Assembly: GCA_934647235.1 (NCBI GenBank)
Contig: CAKUFG010000020.1
Location: forward strand, 15,699-47,698
Direction of reading: 5' to 3'
From: an uncultured Clostridia bacterium
Lineage (GTDB): Bacteria > Bacillota > Clostridia > Christensenellales > Aristaeellaceae
DNA length: 32,000 bases
A program made the translations under genes and the position numbers. Shown piece by piece: positions 16,537-23,075 of the stretch (the stretch's first letter is position 1; the number at the start of each line of letters is the position of its first letter). Below the pieces are notes generated by a model, which did no database searches, was not told where the DNA came from, and saw only the letters and a program-made list of their open reading frames with translations.

Positions 16537-18250
16537 TTTTTGCAGCCTCCCGAATTTTTACATCTAATGTCTGACGAGCTTTGTCTGAAACGACCATGTA
16601 TAATGCGCTGCGGGCCCGTGTCATACCAACATAAAGCAGATTCATTCTCTGATCATGGTCGAGACTGTCAAAATCAACTAATACAACAATGGGACTTTCT
16701 AGTCCTTTGAAAGCGTGGACTGTACTAAACAATATTTTTCCTTTTCTGTCTGTTCGTTCCGTGGAAACAGGAAAAGCAGGATCAAGATCGGAAGCCACTG
16801 ATCTATCAAAGCGAGAGGCGGATAGGATTACAATATCATCAAAACATATTTGTTCTTTTTTTAGCTGACGGAGAATGGATTCGACAATTTCTAGCTGAGC
16901 CTGGCTTTTTTTGTATCCGCGAATCTCTACCTCTGCACCGCGCATCTCCATTTTTCGAAACTTTGTATGCGTTCCAAAGATAGAATCTATTTTTTCGATA
17001 ATAGCCTGAGAATTACGACAATTGTTTATCAGAGAATAACTGGCAAAATGGCTATGGTATTCGTCAAGAGACTTTGCAATCTTTTCATAATCCGTATGAG
17101 CAAAATAGAGGTTTTGCTTATCTGCATCCATGAAAAAATACCAATTGCCATTTTGCAGTCCACCCGGGAGCATAAGGTCTATAGCTTCGAGATAGTGCGT
17201 TTCAAAAACATCCTGAGCCTCATCAATGATCAGCACGTCAAAAGGTTCATGAGCTTGCTCTATTAAATGCTCCGCATATTGAGTCGGCAACACGTCCGAA
17301 TAATACTTTGCCGTATCGTTTTTTCGCATCTGCTCCATTGTAGGAGAAAGACCTGCCAGGATAGCCTTTTCCATGTAATCAAGCAAACTATCGCAAACAA
17401 TTGAAGTATCATTGCCGATGCTCTCCTGCAGCCATCCTGCCAGGTTTCTATTATAGCAGAATAGACCAACTTTTTTCCCTTGGCCAGCGAAGGTGCGTGC
17501 AGATTCCAATGCCAATACTGTTTTGCCCGTTCCAGCACTTCCCTTAATTAAACATCTTTCATTCTCAAAAAGCCCTTCAAAAACCATTTGCTGGTTTTCA
17601 GTCAGAGTAATAATCTGCTTTTCGACACTTCGGATCTGACTTGAGATTGCTGGTTTAAAGTCATAGTTGGGCCGCAGAATGGCTGCGATTGCATTCGTCT
17701 GCTGTTTGTTAGGCACAAAAATCCGAGCATTTTTGCGACTCTTCCAGAATCCGGCAAGCTTCAGTAAATATGCTTTAATATCATAGTAGTTATCAATATC
17801 TGCGATTTGATAATCATCTAAATCCGGTATGGAAAAGCGCCCATGAACGGTTGAGTCAGGAAACACTACTCCAAAACCAAACAGACTCCATTGAAGGTTC
17901 TCTGCGTTATTTTTTTCAATAAAACTCATTAATGCGTGCATGGCATTGTTAGCTTCTGTTACCGGATTCTTGATTATATTCTGAATGCCAAACCGGTCTG
18001 TAGAGTACCACACGCCATTCTCATAGGAGATCCTGCCGCCCTTAACCTCTAAGGCAAAGGTCCCTCCATCTGGGAAAATTACGACAAAGTCGGCTTCACC
18101 TTGGGACTGAGTAGGATGTCTGGCAATTCCAACCGAATGGAGCACATACCAATCATCTGTGTCAGGCATGTTACGAAGCATAGTAAACAGCTTACGTTCC
18201 GCAGAGGACTTTGTATCCTCATCAATAGAAGCGGGAATCATGCGAGCCAT
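16529..18250 (-). CDS. NERD (PD-(D/E)xK nuclease-related) domain fused to an SF1 (UvrD/Dda-like) helicase, a Nhi-like architecture
   Basis: The N-terminus has the NERD core GEADFVVIFPDGGTFALEVKGG. The helicase motifs are Walker A GSAGTGKTVLA, Walker B/II VLIIDEAQD, TVHAFKGLE and LLYVGMTRARSALYMV. A GAGGTGATAAT RBS precedes the ATG. Confidence 0.85.
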   Translation of the reverse strand: MARMIPASIDEDTKSSAERKLFTMLRNMPDTDDWYVLHSVGIARHPTQSQGEADFVVIFPDGGTFALEVKGGRISYENGVWYSTDRFGIQNIIKNPVTEANNAMHALMSFIEKNNAENLQWSLFGFGVVFPDSTVHGRFSIPDLDDYQIADIDNYYDIKAYLLKLAGFWKSRKNARIFVPNKQQTNAIAAILRPNYDFKPAISSQIRSVEKQIITLTENQQMVFEGLFENERCLIKGSAGTGKTVLALESARTFAGQGKKVGLFCYNRNLAGWLQESIGNDTSIVCDSLLDYMEKAILAGLSPTMEQMRKNDTAKYYSDVLPTQYAEHLIEQAHEPFDVLIIDEAQDVFETHYLEAIDLMLPGGLQNGNWYFFMDADKQNLYFAHTDYEKIAKSLDEYHSHFASYSLINNCRNSQAIIEKIDSIFGTHTKFRKMEMRGAEVEIRGYKKSQAQLEIVESILRQLKKEQICFDDIVILSASRFDRSVASDLDPAFPVSTERTDRKGKILFSTVHAFKGLESPIVVLVDFDSLDHDQRMNLLYVGMTRARSALYMVVSDKARQTLDVKIREAAKNG

Positions 18251-18259
18251 ATTATCACC

Positions 18260-18373
18260 TCATAAAAAAGCAGAAGTGTTACTTAGAAAATAGGACACCT
18301 AAAAGTACTTTTAGGTGTACCAGCCACTGCTTACGCTGTCTCCACCTTAGGTGAAAATCTAACACTTCTGTAC
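18260..18373 (-). ncRNA. Structured 5' leader or candidate ncRNA of the NERD-helicase/RT operon
   Basis: An 11-bp outer stem pairs CAGAAGTGTTA (18271-18281) with TAACACTTCTG (18360-18370). It encloses a perfect 24-nt palindrome ACACCTAAAAGTACTTTTAGGTGT (18295-18318). On the minus strand the closing stem is followed by U6 (18264-18269) and then the SD. The predicted TSS lies at the 5' foot of the outer stem. Confidence 0.5.
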
Positions 18374-18378
18374 CATTA

Positions 18379-18407
18379 ATTATATAGGATATTGCAAGAA
18401 ATGTCAA
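18379..18407 (-). promoter_or_regulatory. Consensus SigA promoter driving the leader and the NERD-helicase/RT operon
   Basis: The minus strand reads TTGACA (18407-18402), a 17-nt spacer, then TATAAT (18384-18379). Both hexamers match consensus perfectly. Confidence 0.7.
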
Positions 18408-18552
18408 TCTTTCGGGATTCACGTTCAGAACATTTTGCTTCTTGATTATGGATAGTCTGTACAGTCGGGAGTATAGCTGTTCTCAACGCACCCAGAGGAC
18501 GGCATAGGCCAAGCAGGAATACCGCTCAAAGGTGGTATAGGTTTCATCAGGC

Positions 18553-18816
18553 TTAGAAGCGCCGTCGTCCAGCGGCAATGAAGCTGAAATAGTCGCGTGC
18601 GGCAGCGATATGCGCAGGACCTCTCGCTTCCATGGCTTTATCATATTTGCTTTTCGAATAGATAAGCCTATAATTATAGTTGCTGTCTATACCATGTTGA
18701 CAGCATATCTCTTCCCGCTGCTGCTTGTCAGGAAAACGGCTGTGCAGAAAGATATGGCAAAGATAGGCTTGACTGCAAACGGAAGGCCGATCTTGATAAA
18801 GCCTGCCTTCTATCAT
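18553..18816 (-). CDS. Hypothetical 87-aa ORF, possibly a gene fragment
   Basis: This is an ORF only. There is no clear RBS and no motif I can assign. The YDKAMEARGPAHIAAARDYF stretch is faintly AP2/HNH-like. Confidence 0.2.
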   Translation of the reverse strand: MIEGRLYQDRPSVCSQAYLCHIFLHSRFPDKQQREEICCQHGIDSNYNYRLIYSKSKYDKAMEARGPAHIAAARDYFSFIAAGRRRF

Positions 18817-18918
18817 TGAACAGCTGATATCCGGTGTTTGGGTTTTCTATTGCTTTGTCTCATTCACTTACAAATCACTTTTTTAGAAAGCTTGAAAATG
18901 GCTGACGGAAGCTGCAAA

Positions 18919-18948
18919 ACAGCTCTGAAGCATATGCTTCAGAGCTGT
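18919..18948 (-). terminator. Perfect 30-nt palindrome, a likely rho-independent terminator on the minus strand
   Basis: ACAGCTCTGAAGCAT/ATGCTTCAGAGCTGT has 15-bp arms and is followed on the minus strand by TTTG. It lies about 50 nt downstream of the 18999..19208 ORF. Confidence 0.5.
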
Positions 18949-18998
18949 GGCTAATCCCACTGAGGTTGATACAATATGGGGAAATACACACCCGAATT

Positions 18999-19208
18999 TT
19001 ATATGGATGATGGGGTGGACTGTGAAGTAGCTTGAGCCATGGCAATATTTTTTGGTTTCCCATTGACTAATTTGGGAATAGCGCCATATTGACCATCAAG
19101 GTACGCACGACGAATCCTTTTATCAAACCGTGCTCCAAATTCACCCAACCCAAATACTTTAGATGTACCATTCTCCTCCCTTTTAGCAACAAATCCTATT
19201 TCGGGCAA
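18999..19208 (-). CDS. Hypothetical 69-aa ORF, probably the 3' fragment of an unidentified gene
   Basis: The ORF is followed by a strong hairpin. Its 5' end coincides with the breakpoint of the recombinase remnant. No family recognised. Confidence 0.25.
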   Translation of the reverse strand: MPEIGFVAKREENGTSKVFGLGEFGARFDKRIRRAYLDGQYGAIPKLVNGKPKNIAMAQATSQSTPSSI

Positions 19209-19500
19209 AACGACTGAGACTTTTGACGATGATCATGTCGATCTGGCCGTTTCTGCAGTCCGTCAGCAGCCGCTGGAAGTCCTTTCGCTCCTTCGTTGTG
19301 CCGGTCACTTCATCCGCATAAATGCCAGCAAAAATCCAATCAGGATTGTGCTGAATCAGATTGCTGAAGTAGCTGACCTATGTGGAAAGAGAGTGCAGCA
19401 TCGCGTCTTTTACGCAGGAAATCCGCGCATAGGCGGCAACGCGCTTTTTCCCGGCTTTCTTTCTGCCGCCCGGCATGGTTTGATAAATGATTTTTGCCAC
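19183..19500 (-). pseudogene. Large serine recombinase, N-terminal resolvase-domain remnant with an in-frame TAG and a 3' truncation
   Basis: From the GTG at 19500 (GGAGGTGA RBS) the frame reads VAKIIYQTMPGGRKKAGKKRVAAYARISCVKDAMLHSLST*VSYFSNLIQHNPDWIFAGIYADEVTGTTKERKDFQRLLTDCRNGQIDMIIVKSLSRFARN. The TAG lies at 19378-19380. Similarity to recombinases ends after FARN at about 19197. Confidence 0.75.
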
Positions 19501-19565
19501 TCGGCTCACCTCCTTGGCAGCTGGCATGTTACCTCTGAAGCCCGGACAAAGCAAGTTAAATTGTA

Positions 19566-19724
19566 TCAACAACGAGCAGAAAAAATCGGCTGATACTTCT
19601 CCCGCAAAAGCTGTTCTGCGCTGCGAAATTCATCCATGGAGATCACGCCGTTTCCCAGCATGGCGCGGCAAATAGAGAGCATTGCCTAATACCGGATTTC
19701 CTTTTCAAAACCTTGCTGTGTCAT
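19566..19724 (-). pseudogene. Small helical protein of the type found just upstream of large serine recombinases, interrupted by an in-frame TAG
   Basis: After a GAGGTAAGGAA RBS the frame reads MTQQGFEKEIRY*AMLSICRAMLGNGVISMDEFRSAEQLLREKYQPIFSARC. The TAG lies at 19686-19688. Confidence 0.5.
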
Positions 19725-19785
19725 TTCCTTACCTCAAAAAAGAGAATCGGATTGAGCCGTTGTCTAAAACAGCCCAATCCGATCA

Positions 19786-20805
19786 TTAAATGATTTTTGC
19801 GAGTTTTCCGGATACCCAGCCCACGCGGGAACCAGTGACAATCGCGTGCCAGCCGTTCTGCGCGGTCGCCACCAGTGGGAAGGTGCTGCCCGGCGCAACG
19901 GTGGAAAGGCGCTCGTATTCCGTTCCGTTGCCGCAGCGGACGTTCACCTTGCCGCCTTCGGAGACGATCACCACTGTCGTACCAACTGGAGCAGGTTCAT
20001 CAGGCGTGGGCTGCTCCGGCGTGTCAGGCTGACCGTCATCATCCGCAGCAGCATCCATCAGCGCTGCGTGGGTTTTATCGCCGTACTTGCCGTCCGCTTC
20101 CAGACTGGCTTTCTTCTGGAACGCCAGCAGCGCCTTTTCCGTTTCTGTACCAAATTCAGCATCCGCGCCATACTTTGGCAGCGCGTAGCCCAGCTGCATT
20201 AGCAGCTCTTGCAGGGCTTTCACGTCGGAGCCCATCATGCCGCGTTTCAGCAGACGGCTTCCCAGCGCAATCTCCGGTGTAGGCACATCGACGGCAGCTT
20301 CTCCGTATTGGATAAAGGGCAGTTTGTACCAGTACTTCCACTTGCGCTCTTTCACCTTCGTGCGCACACAGCCATAGTTGAAACCTCGCCATTCCACGGC
20401 ATAGCCGTTACCGACGTAATAGCCCACATGCCCGTCTGTGTGCAGCGCCAGACCTACGATCTCCGGCAGCGTGTCAATCGTACCCCAATCCATGCCCTTG
20501 GATTTCGCCCAAGAAAACATGGAGTTCGCCCCCTTGTCCGGGCAGCCGTTTGCACCATACTTGTTGGAAACGGTACTATCCGTACCAATTGCATCCAGCA
20601 TGGCCTGCCCGCCATTCGTCCACGCATAGCCCTTCGCGCCGCCGATGCAGTCGCAAACCACTTTCTTATCCCGGATGTCCTGCTTGTACCGGCTCATGCG
20701 GGACGATGTGTAATGAGACGGATACTGCTTGGCCTTCCGGTTCAAAAGACTGGTCGTTGCCTTGTAGCCGCAGGTGCCGTACCAATAAGGCTGGCCTATA
20801 GACAC
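19786..20805 (-). CDS. Cell-wall hydrolase/endolysin: NlpC/P60-like domain + PG_binding_1 + SH3b
   Basis: There is a candidate catalytic Cys (VVCDCIGGAKGYAW) and His (TDGHVGYYVGNG). The PG-binding repeat is GSDVKALQELLMQLGY...ADAEFGTETEKALLAFQ...ADGKYGDKT. A Pro/Asp linker leads to a C-terminal SH3b-like region (GKVNVRCGNGTEY...GWVSG). The GTG start is uncertain. The frame stays open upstream to 20835, so the gene may be 5'-truncated. Confidence 0.7.
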   Translation of the reverse strand: MSIGQPYWYGTCGYKATTSLLNRKAKQYPSHYTSSRMSRYKQDIRDKKVVCDCIGGAKGYAWTNGGQAMLDAIGTDSTVSNKYGANGCPDKGANSMFSWAKSKGMDWGTIDTLPEIVGLALHTDGHVGYYVGNGYAVEWRGFNYGCVRTKVKERKWKYWYKLPFIQYGEAAVDVPTPEIALGSRLLKRGMMGSDVKALQELLMQLGYALPKYGADAEFGTETEKALLAFQKKASLEADGKYGDKTHAALMDAAADDDGQPDTPEQPTPDEPAPVGTTVVIVSEGGKVNVRCGNGTEYERLSTVAPGSTFPLVATAQNGWHAIVTGSRVGWVSGKLAKII

Positions 20806-20821
20806 GAAGTCGTCTTTTGCC

Positions 20822-20968
20822 GATTGGCTGAATAATCAGATTATTCGCGATCAGCTAAAATTTGACATTAAAGTATGCTTGATCAAAAATGGCTATCCTC
20901 CCCAGTACAGTCCCGAAGTTTTCCGCAAGGTCATGGAACAAGTTGAGAACTTTGAAGAGAATAGCTAA
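20822..20968 (+). pseudogene. C-terminal tail fragment of a Type I restriction enzyme R subunit (HsdR, DUF3387-like)
   Basis: The frame translates as ...NNQIIRDQLKFDIKVCLIKNGYPPQYSPEVFRKVMEQVENFEENS*. This is the characteristic HsdR C-terminal (K)YGYPP... tail. There is no upstream helicase part. Confidence 0.5.
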
Positions 20969-21132
20969 TTTGTTCGAAACGGAGGTTAACGTAGTATACG
21001 AGAAATCTATCAAGCAACGTCTTTGCAAGTAATATTCATAAAGAAAATTCTCATGTGAGCTTGCTTTTTGACCACCCGTGCGTAAGCTGTGACTCAACCG
21101 CGAGGCACACAACAAAATGGGAGGTATTCATC

Positions 21133-21768
21133 ATGGAATGCGGAAAGCTCACAGCGAAACTTCGAGACGCGGTGCCGGTTTGCTTCATCGAAAACGGCAA
21201 GGAGGTCAAGCGCTTCAAGAACATCGAAATCCCCGACGAGATCAAGAAGCTGCCCTATTAGGAATTCGAATTCAGCGTACCGGTAACCGGAGCCATCACA
21301 TTCAAGATCATGTTCGAGGAAGGCGTTTTGCCGAAGGTCTGGCCGGAAGCGCGGGCGCGCAAAACGCGGAAAGTAAGATTCGAAGAAGCGCCCATGCATG
21401 AAAGAATCACCGCCGGGCTTCAGGCGGCATTGGAGCAAGCAGAGGCCGAGGGCCAGCCTGTGGCGGAAATCGCCGAAGCAGCCGCGCAGGGTTCGGAGAT
21501 CACCACTGAGTTGAATGGGCAGGAATTGACCATCACGACCCAAGAGCCAGAGAAAATGGAGGCTGCCTTCAACGTAACCGGCGAGCGCCGCAAGGCGCTG
21601 GTAGAGGCCATCAAGGCCTTCGTAGACGCGCCTGCTGTATACCAGAACGCGCCCAGCTTCGCCTATGTCATCGCCGATTACACGGTCAGCAAGACTGGCA
21701 CGGTATCCGGCCCAGTGAACGAAGCCCTCATTGCCGCACTGAATGCGAAAGGTTTTATTGCAGAATAA
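21133..21768 (+). pseudogene. Conserved integrative/conjugative-element protein of unknown function, a single frame interrupted by one TAG
   Basis: After a GGGAGG RBS, MECGKLTAKLRDAVPVCFIENGKEVKRFKNIEIPDEIKKLPY runs to a TAG at 21259-21261. The same frame then continues EFEFSVPVTGAITFKIMFEEGVLPKVWPEAR...NAKGFIAE*. The track ORFs 21055..21261 and 21310..21768 are in the same frame. Confidence 0.55.
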
Positions 21769-21778
21769 GGCGTAATTT

Positions 21779-21799
21779 CCCCGCTTCGGCGGGGTTTTT
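21779..21799 (+). terminator. Rho-independent terminator
   Basis: A CCCCGC-TTCG-GCGGGG hairpin is followed by TTTTT. Confidence 0.8.
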
Positions 21800-22072
21800 A
21801 TGTCTAAGGCAGAGGGTTGCACCATTCCACAGAAATTAAGCGTAAAAAGCTGAAATTAGCCGTCTTTGCAATAGTGCATCTATCATGTGTGCAAAGCAAA
21901 AATTTATTTGTGAGCCATATCGTGTATTCCTGCAAGTCTAAAGGGTAAAAAGGGGTATGGAGGCACATTTTTGCATGAAAACAAACAAGCCCATCCTTTC
22001 AGATAAGCTTGCTTGCACCAACTAATGTCGGTTTTCATGGCGCAACAGATTGATATTGATACAATCTACCAC

Positions 22073-22115
22073 GGGTGCACTCTGAAACGCTCTCCGTTTT
22101 AGAGTGCACCCTTTT
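22073..22115 (+). terminator. Hairpin with T-run (terminator-like)
   Basis: GGGTGCACTCT...AGAGTGCACCC forms an 11-bp stem with a 17-nt loop and is followed by TTTT. Confidence 0.4.
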
Positions 22116-22142
22116 GCACCCGTACCTTTTACAGAAAGTGAT

Positions 22143-22171
22143 TTGACTTTTGCGTCTTTCAGAGCTAAGAT
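22143..22171 (+). promoter_or_regulatory. SigA-type promoter
   Basis: TTGACT (22143-22148), a 17-nt spacer, then TAAGAT (22166-22171). It lies upstream of the AGGAGG-GTG start at 22195. Confidence 0.5.
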
Positions 22172-22194
22172 CGTCCCCTGAAGGAGGTGATCGT

Positions 22195-22455
22195 GTGCCC
22201 AGAAAGAAGAAACCGACCGTGCTCATGGGTGGCGAAGAACTCCGCATCCAACACTTAACGACAAAAGAGCGTCATGACGCTTATACACGGCTGAGCCACT
22301 ATCTGCTCTCTGTTCACTATCTGAGGAACTGGCTTGAGCAGGAATTGATCAGCCCTGCCGATTACCGTCGCATGGACAAGGTGCTGGTCAAGAAATACGG
22401 CTTCAGCGATAAAAGCATCTTTCGCCCTGAATGCAGGAGGTTGTTGGAGAAGTGA
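22195..22455 (+). CDS. Small element-associated protein (86 aa), unknown function
   Basis: A GTG start lies 7 nt after AGGAGG. The sequence is VPRKKKPTVLMGGEELRIQHLTTKERHDAYTRLSHYLL...ISPADYRRMDKVLVKKYGF. It resembles small helical proteins common in Clostridia integrative elements. Confidence 0.5.
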   Translation: MPRKKKPTVLMGGEELRIQHLTTKERHDAYTRLSHYLLSVHYLRNWLEQELISPADYRRMDKVLVKKYGFSDKSIFRPECRRLLEK

Positions 22456-22997
22456 ACCAAGCAGAGATCGCCACGGTCGAACGGCTTCGGCGCGAAGGCA
22501 AAGGACTGTCAGCCATAGCCCAAGAAACCGGTATTTCAATAAACACTATCAAGTCCCACTGTTTCAGACATGGCTTATCGGGTTCTCGGCCTATTCGGAC
22601 ATGTATGTTTTGCAACACTGAAATCAAAACGAAGGATCACTTCTGCTCGGGCGGCTGCCGGGATGGATGGTACGAAATCCACAGTGTTGATGCACAGGAT
22701 ATATTGCGCCTCTGCAAAGCGTGTGGAAAACCATTTGAGCCCCGTCAGCCCAAGCAGGTTTACTGCTCGAAGCAATGCTTCTACAATGACCGTTACCATT
22801 CCAAGCAGACCATCACTGAAGATGAAACCCTGCACCAGATGCTGATGTCTATACCACATGAAGCCGCCGTTGCCCTTGTGGGAATGACGATGGAGCTTCT
22901 TTTGGCATCAGGCTGGAAAGCCCCCGGCATAGAAGAATCTCTTGATCCGTCAAATATAGCAGATACGCTCTACGTGAAGCCGAGTCTAAAACCATAA
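22431..22997 (+). CDS. Sigma-70 region-4-like HTH protein with Cys-rich zinc-ribbon-like segments
   Basis: The HTH is GKGLSAIAQETGISINTIKSHCFRHGL. The cysteine clusters are CMFCNTEIKTKDHFCSGGC and CKACGKPF...YCSKQC. The start could instead be the GTG at 22452. Confidence 0.55.
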   Translation: MQEVVGEVNQAEIATVERLRREGKGLSAIAQETGISINTIKSHCFRHGLSGSRPIRTCMFCNTEIKTKDHFCSGGCRDGWYEIHSVDAQDILRLCKACGKPFEPRQPKQVYCSKQCFYNDRYHSKQTITEDETLHQMLMSIPHEAAVALVGMTMELLLASGWKAPGIEESLDPSNIADTLYVKPSLKP

Positions 22998-23015
22998 CGA
23001 GATTGATACAAAGGC

Positions 23016-23050
23016 CCACGGAAATCCCTTAGATCAGGATATTTCCGGGG
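23016..23050. terminator. Hairpin between convergent genes
   Basis: CGGAAAT (23019-23025) pairs with ATTTCCG (23041-23047), with extra flanking G:C pairs. Confidence 0.35.
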
Positions 23051-23075
23051 TGTTCGAGCGTTTGGGAGTGCATGA

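Larger units (their letters stand above)
14521..19200. mobile_element. AT-rich foreign island (defence-island-like) carrying the NERD-helicase/RT operon
   Basis: Composition changes abruptly at about 14520. Spot counts are about 38-52% GC inside, against about 62% in the flanking host genes. The right edge abuts a truncated serine recombinase at about 19200. I found no flanking direct repeats by eye. Confidence 0.6.

Noticed and set aside
14527-18373. Calling the RT locus a canonical retron
   Set aside because: The flanking inverted repeats and the upstream position of the RNA are retron-like. However, the RT lacks the retron-specific NAxxH and VTG signatures. The structured RNA is only about 100 nt. 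A NERD-SF1 helicase is not a retron accessory type I know of. I therefore left it unclassified rather than labelling it a retron.
18610-18819. + strand ORF 18610..18819 (69 aa)
   Set aside because: The translation is hydrophobic and low in information, has no RBS, and overlaps the equally weak minus-strand ORF. It is probably non-coding debris within the island.
21800-22150. tRNA (including a possible amber suppressor), oriT or small RNA in the 350-nt non-coding stretch
   Set aside because: I could not find a cloverleaf or a T-loop (GGTTCGA-type) sequence. The CTTTGCA...TGCAAAG inverted repeat (21864-21896) and the 22073-22111 hairpin are noted, but nothing supports a specific call.
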